A DNA stretch of 64,000 nt, taken from the human T2T-CHM13v2.0 reference genome, Homo sapiens. Shown piece after piece: positions 1 to 20,427 of this stretch. The DNA lies in the NCBI RefSeq assembly GCF_009914755.1, contig NC_060946.1, one strand, 5' to 3'. A program made the position numbers and the translations under genes. Numbering within the stretch: the stretch's first letter is position 1; the number at the start of each line of letters is the position of its first letter. The notes below the pieces were generated by a model. It had not been told where the DNA came from. It saw only the letters and a program-made list of their open reading frames with translations, and did no database searches.

Positions 1-556
1 ACAAGACGCGAGTGGGAGCCTCCCCCTAGTTGGCAACTATGGAAGTCATTTAACCTCTTGGGTTTCCTCTGTGAAATGACAATGTACTAGTACCAACAAT
101 CCCCATCTGCTGTGAGGATTACGAAAGCCAATTTATGTAGTAGTACTTCATAAAATACTGAAGGAAAAAAATTTTTTTCCATGTTGCAAAGTGACTAACA
201 AAATTACACAAAACTAAAGCAGCCACATTCAGCTTTAACCTGTCATACTGTGAGATTCTGCTTCAGGATGCTCCTCAGGGACTCAGGGATTCTTTCCTGA
301 GACACCATCACCACTTGTCTTTACCATGTTTCCTTTTAGAATATCCTCGTGATAACTCCTCAGTGCTGACTACATGCCAGGCTTAGTGTTTTATGCCCAT
401 CATCACACTTAATCCCTGGGAGAGGGGTCTAACAAAGTTTAACCTGGCCGTTTTCACAAAATTTGCAGAAGATACTGCTTCCAGGAACATTCCCATCACG
501 CCATAGAATCATGACGTGAAAGTGAAGGACCAAAAGTGAAGCGAAGATGATTTTGG

Positions 557-927
<371 letters not shown>

Positions 928-1067
928 TCAGTTCTCATTGACTCCTGATCAAATTGGGAGCTTGCTGTCAAGAATATACTGGATTATGCATCATAGTTAT
1001 GAAAACATTGTTAATACTTTGTTTTGACGTTTTTGTATCTTACATACCAAAAACATTTTGATCAGCT

Positions 1068-2640
<1,573 letters not shown>

Positions 2641-4296
2641 CCTAAGGATTGTAATTTTTGGCTGCTTTTTTCGTTCTAAACAAGTATCTACTTGTGTGTC
2701 CAATTTAGTGTTCATAATTACATTCTTTTCCTTAAAGAGGGTCCTTTGAATTATATAAGCATCATACCCCTTGACACTACATAAAGTATATAAAAAATTT
2801 AGGGCCATTCTATATACACCCATGCTATAAGAATTAAAGGAACCTAGCTAGTACTTGCCATTTCGTGTATGTTGCTTTTACACTGGCTTAAGTATGGTCA
2901 GGTTACTTACCCTGCAATCTAAAAATGTCCCAGTGATCTGTGTGAGTAAACTACTTAATTATGTATTAGATGCCTAGATTTTCAGAGCACCACAGACATT
3001 TACATTAGTTCTACTTACCTCCTGGCTTCTTAGAGCCGTAATTTTAAAATTAGGATTTCACCAAACGTCAAAGTTTTTATTTATTGCTAAACAACTTTAT
3101 AGAAAACCATAAACTTACACTTCCACCAGCACTATATGAAAGGTCTCACTGAAAAATTGCCAACTTGACATACTATTTAAATTTGCTTTTTAAAGCTCAG
3201 TTACTCACTTTTGTTGCCTATTTACTTTAGGACATTTTCCTCTCCAAACTGTATGAGCTCTATTAAGTACATTATATACTGGTTGTAAATACTGGCACAT
3301 ATTGAACTTTTTATAATTACTGTACTATAATTTTTACTTAGTTTATTCTTGCCCTTATTTGGGGGCTCGTCATGCACTTCAATTATGCTGTGTCCCTTAC
3401 TATTAGGAAGAAACCCCCTGGATGTACACATCAGCACATCAAGTGTGTGACACTCCTTATTTAACCAACCTTATTCAAATGTACATTTTAGTTTTCAGTT
3501 CCTTAAACAATTCTGCAAGAATCAACCTTGTACACAGAGGCAGCACAGTACAGAGTTTGGGAGAAAGCCCTTTGAAGCCACAAACCTCTGTATTCAAGAA
3601 TCTCAGCTTTACAAATAATCAGCTGTGTTATCCTGGGCAATTTACTTATTAAGTGCTTCAGTTTCCTTATCTATAAAATTGTAAAGTGGTGCTAACAGTA
3701 TCTACCCTTATGGTCATTATCAGAATTGATCCAATACTTGCAAACTGATTATAACAGGGCTTGGCACAAACACTACTTACCTGTGCCTACTCAGGTGCAT
3801 TAATTTTAGTCATCAGCAAATCTCTAAAATGAAATTGTTTCTCCTTTATCTTATCAAACTAGTATTTCCTAGTATGGTAGACTGCTAGGTGTCACCCCAA
3901 GTCGTCTTTCCTGTTTCTACTCTTAAGTTTTTTCTTGAGCATGTGATCACACAGTTATGGATGACAAACTGGCTTTCCCTGCAGCTAAACATAGCCTGAA
4001 CACACAAACTGACCAATGGGATATTAGAAGTAATAAAATGTTAACATCATATATTATCTTCAGTATCTCAGCGTGTTTCCCAGAGCCCCCTTCTCCTATT
4101 TCCTCAATTGGAGAATGAGCACCAGAGCAAGCAACTTTGGACTAGAAATGGAAGCTACCTTCTAAGTATGGCAGAATGCCTGCCTCTGAACAGCTACCCA
4201 AAATAAAGTACATGTTTTTTAGGGGTTCTTGTTTGCAGCACTTAATAGTCTGCAGCCTAATATACCTAGTAAATAACCTGAGTACCAGAGACATAA

Positions 4297-4620
<324 letters not shown>

Positions 4621-4789
4621 TAGTTTGAAACCGTATTTTAAAGACAGCTAGAAATATAACTATATTTTTAAGCAGAAAAAACTTCCTTCTGATAGCATCA
4701 GTACAAGAAAACATTTCTGGTTTAGAATATTGAGTTGAAAATTAAGAATGTATATTATGGAATTTAAAAATCTAAAAGCACAGGACACA

Positions 4790-6732
4790 TTTTCAGAAGA
4801 GGAATTTTACTTTTACCCACTTATGGTAATATTTGCAATATTAGAATATAATTAGGTTAAATAAATCAAATAAGGAATCCAGAAGAAACTGTTCTTGAGT
4901 TAAGCCAAGTACACACTGGCAATTTCGAGAAAGGAGAACTCTACACATTAACAAAAGAACACACAAGCTCAAATGCAAGTTTATATGGTGAGTGTTTTTA
5001 AAGGATTTAAAAAGCATGCTCCATCAGCATAATAGCTTTTTCTCATTTATGTAACAGATGCATTTCTGTCTGCTTGTGTACAGCAAAGGGTTAGAACCTG
5101 AATAAACTTATTTATGATTTCAGAAATGTGGTATTTTAGAAATGTACTCCATAGAATTTACTTCACTGCTCCTACCACTGATTCTTCAAATAAGCAAAGT
5201 ACAGAAGGCCTTATCCCTTGAAAATGTTTTTAAACACTAGCACTTTAAATTGAAACACTGGTAGAAACGTAGCAATGTCAGGTACAATGCCTATACTTAG
5301 TCTTATTTAAAATAAGAATTGAATGCACAACAGAAAATTTATCATTTTCTTTATCATTGGAGGGGAGGGAAAGAAAGCAAGCAGAGGTGGGGATATAGTT
5401 ACACTATTTAAGAGCTGAATACAAAGACAATGAGTCTTTCATAGTCTCAACAACTCCACAATGAATAACTGTGGATTATCTCATTTATAATTCACATTGG
5501 ATAAAAAAAATCGGTTCCCCTCTGTGTGTATCAATTTAATTCAAACCTTATCTTCAGAATACAAAGATGAATACTACAAGATAAACTAACTGCAATAGGT
5601 TTTTCTAAGTAGAAGACCAAACACCAAAGGGAATCCCTCTTTCCAATGTCTTCTGATAAGGCAAGATTTTGCCAGAATGGAAGTCTAACACTTAAATAAG
5701 CATTCTCTTGGCCAAGTAAGAAACTACAGTTGTTGTGGGTATTACCCTACAATTACCATATGTATTACATATTAAATTAAACTCAGCATTAAATATGCTT
5801 GTATAATTACGCTGTTAATGATGATAGCAGTGATGATGCCGGTGGAAAAAGCCTGTCTTTAGCTCAAGAAAAGTAAGGGAGACAAATGTAGCAAGCAGAA
5901 AGCAAACACAGATTTGGGCAATTTTTGACTAGGAAAGAGAATTTTAAGCATAGAAATATAAAAAGAAAAGTACTACCTTATTTCCCTTACGTGGAAATAA
6001 TATGAAAAACACTTATTAGATATACTGGACAACAAGAGAACTAAGTACTCCAACTCTACTGCAGCATTACAAAAAAAACATCCCTTCACCACAGTGTAAG
6101 ATTTAAGGGCAACCTGCCCAAGGATGCATGTTATATCAAACACAGCAAGATTGCTGCTGCCCTGCCAAGTACTTCCAATCCCTACCCAGGTCCTACTGAA
6201 ATACGGGTGGTCCCAATTAGTTTTATTGAAATAAATCTTTAAAGAAAAAGATAAAGCATTTAAAAAGACAAGTCAAAATGCATCAGGAACCACATATCCA
6301 ACACAAACTTTATCCTCAAATGAGTTATGTTTGCCTCGCACTAATAACTTTTATTTCACTCAGAGCAGTAATCTTCCATACATAAGTATATTCCCTGCCA
6401 ATAATTCAAAGAAAAAAATCCAAAATGATTAGTAAAGAAAAATATAAGAATTAACAGGCCCTTTAAATTTGTTTTAAATATTTTGAAGATTTAAAAAGTG
6501 TTTAAAGTTTGTAATTCCTAGTAGGAAAACATTATCTGAATGAATACCCTAATGGCAAACCACTGTAAAATGCTTCAGCTGCATTTGGGGGAGAGGGGTA
6601 GGGATTATCTTCAAAGCACCCCAGCTCTCTTGATGAGAAGGTCAGAGGTACACTGGTTTGTATTATTGCGACATCCATAAGGTGATCTAGGTTGCTTTTC
6701 CTTCAGCAAGGGCTTTATTTATCAGAAGGACA
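4790..6732 (-). other. ST13: ST13 3' UTR (distal end approximate)
   Basis: Alu-free AT-rich sequence after the stop; minus-strand AATAAA at 6714-6719, 6350-6355 and 6222-6227, and AGTAAA at 4806-4811. The distal end is inferred, not shown. Confidence 0.55.
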
Positions 6733-6861
6733 TTACGCTTGACCTCCAAATTTGGCTGACAATTTACTGATGAGATTCATAACCTTTGGGTTGCTCTGGT
6801 ATTTTGACATATTTGCTGGGTTCTGAGCCACATCCTGGAAAGCCACCATAACTTCTGGATC
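6733..6861 (-). CDS. ST13: ST13 last coding exon ([42 protein letters not shown])
   Basis: TTTTCAG| acceptor; TAA at 6733-6735; the 12 exons total 1110 nt = 369 aa + stop. Confidence 0.98.
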   Translation of the reverse strand, partial: DPEVMVAFQDVAQNPANMSKYQSNPKVMNLISKLSAKFGGQA

Positions 6862-7206
6862 CTGAAAAGAAAGGGTTCATTAGTATTTAAAAAGTGTCCT
6901 ACTGGGTCAGTAAGTTTATTATCCTAAATTCCATCTCTTATTTAGACCTGTAATTTGGTGATAGTTAAGTTAAATGGGGTTTAGATGAGTGCTTGAAGTA
7001 TCAAAATCAAGCTGAATTAAGTCATTTGAACTGTATGATGAAAAAAGCACAATTTTGATACAAAGAAAAGGACAACTGGATATAATTGCCGATTGCTAAG
7101 TATTTCCTAGTTTTAAAAATTTAAGTTACTCACTCTGCATAAAGAAAATAAATGTCACTCTTGCATAATTAGCTATTTGGTAACTGTGATAAATAAAAAA
7201 TAGCTA

Positions 7207-7521
<315 letters not shown>

Positions 7522-7664
7522 CTAAGCACAAAGTAGTCTGAAGAGTCTGAAAATTCTAACCAGACTGCAACAAGACATAAGTTATAGCTTCTAATTATCT
7601 CTTTAAAAACAAGGCTGTAAATCAGACTTTGCTACCTCCTGGATTAACTTTTTTCTAGTAATAA

Positions 7665-7998
<334 letters not shown>

Positions 7999-8517
7999 AA
8001 CTTTTTTCTAGTAATAACACTGTTAAAAAAGACTAATCTCGCCTTAAAAGCAAAGAGTCATCTAACAGTTCCTTAGATAATTATAAATTGTATAATTATC
8101 TTAGATTATAAAGCTAGTCATTTTGATCATCTTTCAACTCTCCATTCTTGAATATTTGTCTGTTTCAATTTAAAATTAATTCATACGAGTTTAGTTTAGG
8201 TTTTTGTTTCAACTATACTCTTCTAGCATAGATCTTCCTTCAGTTAAGGACGACCTTAAAAGGCTTATCTGTTGATTTTTCATTTCCATTTCAAATAAAA
8301 TAAAAATTCTCTGAAAGTGAAACTGGAAACCTGGATTTTTAACAAGAATTCCTGGTGCTTCTTTACAGAGAATAATGCTCTAGCAAAAAGGATTTTATTC
8401 TCTCAGTATAATTTGTTCGATTATAAACCCAAATAATCTACTCTGTTCTTCAATATCATAAACCTGTATGTCTACTGGAGATATTCTAAAATTACAATTA
8501 ATAATATAGAGAAAGAT

Positions 8518-8863
<346 letters not shown>

Positions 8864-9819
8864 TCACTGTAAGTAAAGCCGTTTTAAAGAAGGAAACACA
8901 TGATAAAGTCATTTTTACCTGCTTCCACAGTTAATTAAAATATGGCCATTAATAACTAACAATCAGAGATGAAGAAATCTAAGGGGACCATAAAACAACT
9001 TCTAGTTTCTCTTGCTGCCCCTACTTATCCCAAAGCTTTGAAAAATTAGTGCCTACCCGTAACGAAATTACTGACCCAAAGCTTGTCAAATCTAAATAAA
9101 ATGTACATAACAGAAAATTCTCTCTAGTACTAGCCCAACATTAGCAGTCACTTTCTAAAACAAAGATATCTGACAATAAGATTATTTATATTTTACATAG
9201 GAAGTAAACTATGAGCTAAATTTAATTTCTTGCTTTTTCTTCAAACAGCAGGTCATCCTCAATATTTGTTCTAGGTTTGTTTTCTGTTGCTGTGCACATA
9301 CTCTTTCAGAATAAAGGCTAGATTTTCTAGCATCGGATCATGCAACTAAGTTCTAACCAGTGACATATAAGCATACGTAGCCTCTAAAAACTTTCCTTAA
9401 GAGAAAGCTAGTTACCATTAAACAACTGGAGACAGTTGTTTAAAAAACAAAAAATTAAGTCTTGTCCTGGTCTTTATATAAATTCCACACTGTCGTAATC
9501 AGGAAGTACTCAATAAATCTTCTGCGTGCCTTTTCCGTCTCTTCTATCTCTGTGTTAGTCCTGTCCTCTGGTATTCAAAGATTTGCCTCACTAGCAATTT
9601 CTGATCACATTTGAAAGAAAAATACGCTATTTTTACACTGTACAAAAAACATCATTTTTATGCCTAATAATTCCATCATTTCTTTTACCTAGGTTCTTCA
9701 TGAATATCACTGTATAAGAGAACAAAATCAGAATATCACTTTATAATAAATATTAAGTATTATATTAAAATATCACTGTATAATAGAACAAAACAGTTTT
9801 AACTTTTCTTTAAATATAC

Positions 9820-9868
9820 CTGGAAAAGAGCCATACTGAGCTCCTGACTGTCGTCTGGCTTCTTCCTC
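9820..9868 (-). CDS. ST13: ST13 coding exon 10 (EEEARRQSGAQYGSFP)
   Basis: CAAAG| acceptor, G|GTATA donor, 49 nt. Confidence 0.95.
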
Positions 9869-11021
9869 CTTTGATACAAAAGGAAATAAATTATATAATA
9901 GAAGAAGAAATAAGTGCTGTCCATGCAACCTGTCCATGCAAGACCATGAAAAAATTGTAAAATAACCTAGTAGATGGCAATACTGAACTGAAGGATATAC
10001 TTCATACCCCCTTCAAACATTTTTTCCAAACTGGATTCTCAGTGGGCATTATTCTTGGTAGTAATTTCAAGTAAAGTGTTTTACTTCTACTCTGGAAACA
10101 AGTAAACCTGGAAAACAATTTATAGTACTAATATGAAAACTCTAAATTCATCCTGGCTTTAAAACACCCATAGGGAAGGACATGGCTAGATTACCAAGAC
10201 TACCATGACTTTTGTTTCCTAGGTACATCTTTTCCGTTATTCTCCCTACATAATACAAATGTAGATTTATTGATTTGTTTTTGCTGCTTTTTAAAAGAGA
10301 AAATGAACAAAAAATAAATATCCCTCATATGTAGTTTTAAAATTATTGAGGAGATATATTGCTTTTAAATATCAAGGAGATAAATTACTTTTAAAGATTA
10401 TAAACTATAACCTTAAAATCAAGTATGATGCTTAATATTAAATGGACAAAAAATTAGAATGTAACATATTATATAATACAGCCTTAGGTTCTTTCATGTT
10501 CTTTCATTCAATAATGTTAGAAATAAGTAGGTGAATTATTGTAGCATCACACTATGTTGCCCAGGCTAGTCTCGAACTCCTGGGCTCAAGTGAACCTCCC
10601 ACCACAGCCTCCCAAGAGCTGGGACTATAGGCACTTGCCACCTTGCCCTGCTAGAATCATTTTTAAATAGCAACACATCCACTGTTGGAAGAGAGGAGGA
10701 ATCATAAATTTAATTAATCTGGCGAAGCATCCTCAAAAGATCAAACAATAATACTGTCACATTTCAATTACTTGACCTGGAAAAACAACTGATTTTATAA
10801 AAACACAAACAAGAATATAAAATGGTGAAATAAAAGCTCACTGAATAATTTAAGACTAAAAATGTCCCCCAAATTAGATACAGTGAAAGGAGACTCCCCA
10901 TAAGTAATATCATTACTCTATAGAACTGTAGCCAGCATTAAATAAAAGAGCCAGGAATTAAAATTTTAGTGTCCTAATGCCTCTACATAATTTGCCGTAT
11001 TTTCCTTTCATGGCTTAGCTA

Positions 11022-11150
<129 letters not shown>

Positions 11151-12732
11151 CTAGAAAAAAGAGCCATAGCAAAATAAGCTTGCTCCAAAAGCTGAATAAC
11201 ATCAACACAAATATTCTTTGTAGAGAGATGTTTAATTCAACATGCAGTTCAGAAAAATGACAGATTTGTCTTGTAGAAAAAGACCTAACACAAGCTAAGC
11301 CTTTAAGAAAACCAACCTCAACTGCATGAGGCACTGTAAAACAGAGTAAAGGGGCCTGGGATTTGAAGTTAGAAATGTTATAATCTCAAACAATTAAGCT
11401 CAAAGATTAACAAACAGGTTTCTAAGTGCATGACAATTCTTGCCTGCTAGTTTCTATCAGATACACAGTGTTTAGGTTTCAGACGGACAGCTGAATTCAG
11501 TAGGAAGAGTATTATTACGGATGTCTGCCGTGGGAAGGCAGAGACTGGGAACTCATACCCCAAGTATATGCCACAGTATATTTAAGTTTCTGTATCCATA
11601 AAATGGGAGAGGAAGAAATATTTAATATTATCAAATTGCTATAGGGATTAAGAGGGAAAAATGTAAATATGTATACCAGACACTAGTATCAAATAAATGC
11701 TCTGGATGTTATTTCCTCAGAGAATAAAATACATTTAAGAGATTCATATTCAACTGTCACTTTAGCTTGTTTACACTTTGCTGACAAAGTTACAACTTTG
11801 CCCTATTTTAAGAAGAAAACAGAAAACCAAATGAACTCTCTGGCAGTAAATAATTAAATTCAATACAATTCCCACTATCTTAAAATCTCTGAGAGTAAAT
11901 TCTTGACAGCTGAACTTCCCACAAAATGAAGGATTTACCATGTAAACACATTAAAATTATTTTAACCAACAATTTTAGATAAAAATCATCCTTAAAAGCT
12001 GGAATGTTCTACTTTTGGGATTCAATATTATTATTTTTAAAAGATTGAAACTTCTTTGTTTTATTAAGACAGCCTCGCTCTGTCACCCAGGCTGGAGTGC
12101 TGTGGCGTGATCTTGGCTCACTGCAACCTTCCACCTCCCAGGTTCAAGTGATTCTCCTGCCTCAGCCTCCCGAGTAGCTGGGACTACGTAGGCGCATGCC
12201 ACCACACCTGGCTAACTTTTTGTACTTTTAGTAGAGACAGGGTTTCACTACGTTGGCCAGGCTGGTCTTGAACTCCTGACCTCATGATCCACCTGCCTCG
12301 GCCTCCCAAAGTGCTGGGATTACAGGCATGAGCCACCGCGCCTGGCCGGAAAGCCTGAAACTTCTTAACTTCCACAAGGTCTTCTTGCTTTATAAAGTGG
12401 TTGTACACACCTATGATAAATAAGGACACATCAGATTCAATCCTGGGTAATGCTAATTATAGATTTTCTATTTGTTTCCTTGTTGTAAACCTGATACCCC
12501 CTTTTCTAATTTTCTGGTTATAATTCCACTGCAGGCTTCCAAACAAAGTAACAGAGTTTGCTCTAATAATGCATGAGAAATGAAAGCATGAAAACCTAAT
12601 GAGATCTCCAGAGTCGAGCACAAACTTCAGCAATTACAGATTATATCTTCCAATGGTTTGTTTCTTTGCCTGTTTTTCAGATGAATTACAGCTGTCGGGG
12701 GCTAAGCACTACAGCGATGGAGTATTTAACTA

Positions 12733-12876
<144 letters not shown>

Positions 12877-13481
12877 TTACACTCATTTTAGGAGCCTTTT
12901 ATACATATTCACCTATGTGGCATGATATCTTTCTTCCTTACAAAAAAGGATTGTTCTAAAACAGGCTTAAGTTAAATATTAACTATAAACTTTCACTAAC
13001 CAATTCAATTACTATATCCCATTTTAGTTAACTCTATAAAAACCTGAAAACATTTAAATTTCCTCTATTTAAAGCTGCTTTTCTACTAAAAGCTAAAAAA
13101 CAAACAAAATCTTTCTTAATTCAGAATATCGTAATTTTCTAAGTATGTAGACCAGTAACTTTCAACTCGCCCAAACCAGGACTAACATAATGTGTTAGCT
13201 TTTAGCTACCTTCTATGTAAGACAGAAGAGAAAATAATACATGTGTACAGGCTTTACGAAAAACTCAGAACAAGTAAACCAGAAACTAAAGGTTGGTGAC
13301 AGTAGGTGAGAATGGGGCAGAGGAGACAGCAACGAAAACTGAGAATTCACTGGGTATACCTTTTAACTCAGGTGTAACTCTTCGAACATTTAAATGCTTT
13401 ACATACTCAAAAAATAAAATCAGAAAAATGGAAATAAAGCAAATCCTAAACCTGAATACAAACAGAAATAAGAAGCTGTGT

Positions 13482-14510
<1,029 letters not shown>

Positions 14511-15751
14511 AAAAAACCTTCAAACTTTACTTAGAGTGTATACTGTTTTTAAGGTATTGTAATTCTGAAACAGTTTTATGTATATCACAGCATTGTAGTA
14601 AGTAAATGTAAAACTAGGACAAAAATTTTTACCACACAAGTGTCAAAAATACAAACTAAAAGGTAAAACAAAACATTTAATGTTACATTTTAATAGAAAA
14701 TATCAGTATAAACTCACAATTTCAAGAATTTTTTCCCTAAATTCATGATTTTTAAAATGTTTTTTTCTAGCTGTTCATTGAAACGACAGTACATACCAGA
14801 AGCAATGAACAGACACAGTGATCAAATCTTAGTTTCCGCTATAATGAACCACGATTTCCCACAGAAATAGCTTATTTTCAGTCTGAGACAAGCAAAGCAC
14901 AAGATGAGCCAACGCTGTCTTGTATTAGAAGGCAAAGAAATACTTGGACTAATGGGATTTCAAAAGGATCAACAGCAATGCATGGGCTTTTCCTGTGCTG
15001 ACACAGCATTAATAAATTTTATTTCAACTTTTAATGTTTATCTTTAACATGTGTCATAAAATCCACTAGAGCTACTCTGAGTCAGCTAATACAGTTGTCC
15101 TAAAAACATATCCATCTTTATCTCCATCCACATTTGAGCCCTTTCAACCCAGGTAACATGTGAAAGTCACTGAACACTTCATTCCCAAGATACAAATATT
15201 CCTAAGTTTTGCTGCAAGGTATAATTACTAATCTGGGTTAAGTTCACCTCTTTATGCCCCCCCGCCTTCTCCTAATTTTTCAGGTGGCCTAGCAGTGACT
15301 GAAGTAGTTTCAGGCTGGCATACTCCTTCTTCTATAATACACTGGTAGTTCAATGCTAACTTACAGAGTCTGAAAGTAAGAGAAAATTTGTAAGGACACT
15401 GATAAAAGATCATTCTTTCTTTTCCTGGAATTAATTTTAAGTAAAAATCCTTTCCTTATATTTGGCCATATGTAGTCAAAAACTGGTAAGAGTAGCTTTA
15501 TTTGAATGAAAAAAATGAAAATACTTTTTATTTCTTCCTTCCTATATTCTCACTTCTTCTTTTAAATTTCTTTTTTTTTTCTTTTACCTTTTAAGCAGCT
15601 GTCTACAAGCTATCTCACTTCTTGATACTAAGTACACACTAATTTGAAAATTAAGTCATTAGGAACTTTTGTGTTTTTGTTTAAACAAAGCATCTTAAAA
15701 CATCAGATTTAAATGTAAAGAGTTCTGAAAATAATTAAATTCAATTATTTA

Positions 15752-15898
<147 letters not shown>

Positions 15899-15994
15899 TC
15901 AGTAAAAGTTTTGGGATCAACACAGAAGCAACTCTATTTAAACAAATGTGCAGAAATTATTTGCCAGGGGATGCTTTTCTGTTTAGAGTTCTCA

Positions 15995-16111
<117 letters not shown>

Positions 16112-17526
16112 TCAGAGGATAAAAATATTAATAAAAAGTTTTGATCTGTTATCCAGTTAAGTCTTTTACATTTTTCTTTTAATCAAGTAAAAATAAAAAA
16201 GACAACTAAGTTATACTAAAACTGGCTCTTGAAAGCAAATCTTACCACACCTATACTGTAACTCACGAGGTAAGACAATTTCTGAGTACGTAAGCCCCTA
16301 ACTAACAATAGAATAGCACATTCTTAGTATGACCCATATTGATCTTGTTTAAGGAAAAAGTAGACGGGCACGGTGGCTCACGCCTGTAATCCCAGCACTT
16401 TGGGAGGCCAAGGCAGGCAAATCATGAGGTCAGGAGATCGAGACCATCCTGGCTAACACGGTGAAACTCCATCTCTACTAAAAAATACAAAAAATTAGCT
16501 GGGCGTGGGGGCGGAGCCCTGTAGTCCCAGCTACTTGGGAGGCTGAGGAGTGGCGCGAACCCGGGAGGCGGAGCTTCCAGTGAGGCGAGATCACCACTGC
16601 ACTCCAGCCTGGGTGACACAGCACGACTCCGTCTCAAAAAAATAAAAATAAAAATAAAAGAAAAAAGTAAAAAGATAAAATCAATTTAAAGGATAAGATA
16701 AATTAATTTTATTCCATTGATTTTCTTTTATCCATTAAATTAAAAAGAAAAAATTAAGCTTAGAAAGGAAAAGTAACCCATGTTAACTTCACAGGGCTGA
16801 TTTTAAAAGAAAACAACAATATGCTTATTATTTGAATTCAAAGAAATGGTACAAAAATTCAAGAAAACTAGAATTCATAAAAGACCATAACCTATACTTT
16901 AATTCATTTTGTCCTATTCTCATAGTTAGCTTCTTTACTAATCCCTTATGTCATTCAACAAATAAAACACCCTATAGAATCAGAAGAGTTCTTTGCACAA
17001 AGTCTAAATCTTGGGGAGGCAAGACAAATACAGAATTTTTTTTAAGAGACAGGGTCTAACTCTCACATAGGCTAGAGTACAGTGGCATGATCATAGCTCA
17101 CAGGCTGAAGTGATCATCCCACCTCAGCTTCCTGAGTAGCTGGGAATACAAGCCCACAACACTAAACCTGGCTAATTAAAAAAAATTTTTTAGAGACTGG
17201 GCCTCACTGTGTCACCTAGGCTGCTCTCGAACTCCTGGGCTCCAGTAATCCCCCCAACTCAGCCTTCTGAGTAGCTGGGATTACCACTGTGCCAGGCCGA
17301 ACACAGAAATTTTTAAATAAATGTCACAATTCACTGTGAAAGATACTTAGCCAGTTAGCGAATGAGTAAAGGACTTGAAAAGAACTCACAAAAACAACAC
17401 AGAAAAATGCTCAGTCTTATTAATTACTACTACAGGTATCTATTATAGGTAATTACACTTAAATGTCTAATAAACAACTCAGACCTACCATGTTCAAAAC
17501 CTAAATTTTTTTTATGACAGGGTCTT

Positions 17527-17849
<323 letters not shown>

Positions 17850-18241
17850 GGTCTTGCTCTGTCACCCAGGTTGGAGTGCAGTGACACAATCACAGCTCAC
17901 TGCACCCTCAACTTCCTGGGCTCAAAGGATCCTCCCAGCCTCAAGGGAACCTCCCATCTCAGCCTCTCAAGTAGCTCATATTACAGAAACGTGCTACCAC
18001 ATCCAGCTAATTTTTTGTGTTTAAGAGATGGAGTCTCACTGTGTTGACCAGGCTGATCTTGGACTCTTGGACTCAAGAGATCCTTTCGCTTCGGCCCCTC
18101 AAAGTGCTGGGATTGTTAAGTGTGAACCACCACGCCCACTCAAAACCGAAAAACTGAATTCCCATTTCCTAGCCCATTTCCAAATCTATTCCCAATCTGT
18201 ATCTTCCCAACTAAACAAATGGCTCCTCCATACATTTAGTT

Positions 18242-18358
18242 CAGGAGTTGGTAAACGTTTTCTGGAAAGGGCCAAATAAGAATTATTTTAATCTCTGCAG
18301 ACCATACAATCTGTCATAACTACTCAATGATGCTGTTGTAGTGGGAAAGCAGCCACAG
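18242..18358 (+). mobile_element. MER58A-like hAT DNA transposon fragment
   Basis: CAGGAGTTGGTAAAC...AAGGGCCAAATAAG...AAAGCAGCCACAG resembles MER58A. Confidence 0.6.
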
Positions 18359-19737
18359 TTAAGTGCCAGACGTGGGATTCAAACCATACCACTCTGGCTC
18401 CATACTCCAGGTTTTAATTACATTCTCCAAACAAAACTGCCTTCACCAACCTTGGTGGAGCTTGGATTCACAACCCCTGCTTTAGAATACTAATCTTTTA
18501 TCCTTTAGAATACACTATACAATTGCATAAATTCTAAAATCAGAACTAGATTAAATTTACAAAGGCACATGAACAGAGAGTTCAGAAAAAAGTGAGAAAA
18601 CAAAAACATGATTAGGTGATAGCCTCATTTTCCTTTTGTTACATATTGCCGAGACAGTAAATTTTAAAATGGGCTGGGCACAGTGCCTCACACCTGTAAT
18701 CCTAGCACTTTCAGATGCTGAGCTTGGGAGGCCTGCTTGAGGGCAGGAGTTCAAGACGAGCCTGGGCAACAGGATGAAACCCTATCTCTACCAAAAAAAA
18801 AAAAAAGAGATAATAATTAGCCAGGCATGGTGGCAGGCACCTGTATTGCCAGCTACTCAGGAAGATTGCTTGAGCCTACAAAACTTGAGGCTGCAGTGAG
18901 CCATGACCATGCCACTGCACTCCAAACTGAGTGGCAGAGTAAGACTCTGTCTCTTAAAATTTAGGTGGTAGGGAAATTAGCAAAAGTTTCGTGCGATGAA
19001 AAGGAATGGTACAGAAGAGCAATGGCTGGGAACAACTGATAGGTATGAATTAAAAGTTGAAATATGTGAAGAAAAGCTTTCCAGAGAAACAGTATAGCAT
19101 AAATAAAAAAAAAAAAAAATTCTAGAACAGTAAAGTCTGACTGGAGAAAACAAGATTGGAGAAGTAAAATACAGGATCTTAGTCTGGCAGGTCTATAATC
19201 CTCTGATGAAGATCTTAAATATATATGCAAAAGTTAATCACAGGTTACAAGCAAGAGTAGAATAAAAAACAGCTCTAAGAATAACCTAGGGAAAGTAAAC
19301 AGAAAGCAATAAAGGAATAAATTTTTCAGGAAGGTAAACTATTAAGGCAACTGCAGTATAAAACAGTATAAACATGTTTTAAGGAGCTAAATTAATCAGG
19401 TGGTAGAATCACAAAATGTTTAAAATATATACTAACTCGGAACATCAATACTGAACTCATTCTAAAAATAACTTCAATCATCTTCTAAATCTAATAATGA
19501 AGTCCAAATGCACATGAGCACTATACAATAGCATCTAGTCAACTATGGCATTGTGACACACTATCACTGTTATAAAGAGTGAAATATTACTCAAGCAGCC
19601 ACAGTACCCAAGTTTATACATGATTTGTTCTTACAAATTATAACCGATCAAACATTACACTTAATACTACCATGGGCCGGGCGCAGTGGTTCGCGTCTGC
19701 AATCCCAGCACTTTGGGAGGCAGAGGCGGGCACATCA

Positions 19738-20031
<294 letters not shown>

Positions 20032-20139
20032 TTAAAAAAATAAATATATATAAAAAAAGAGGCTGGGCGCAGTGGTTCATGCCTGTTATCCCAGCACTTT
20101 GGGAGGCTGAGGCGGGCAGATCACGAGGTCAGGAGTTCA

Positions 20140-20427
<288 letters not shown>

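Noticed and set aside
1-550. Promoter of the neighbouring gene (SLC25A17, from recall of the locus)
   Set aside because: No exon or clear CpG island for it is visible inside the window, so it cannot be supported from the sequence.
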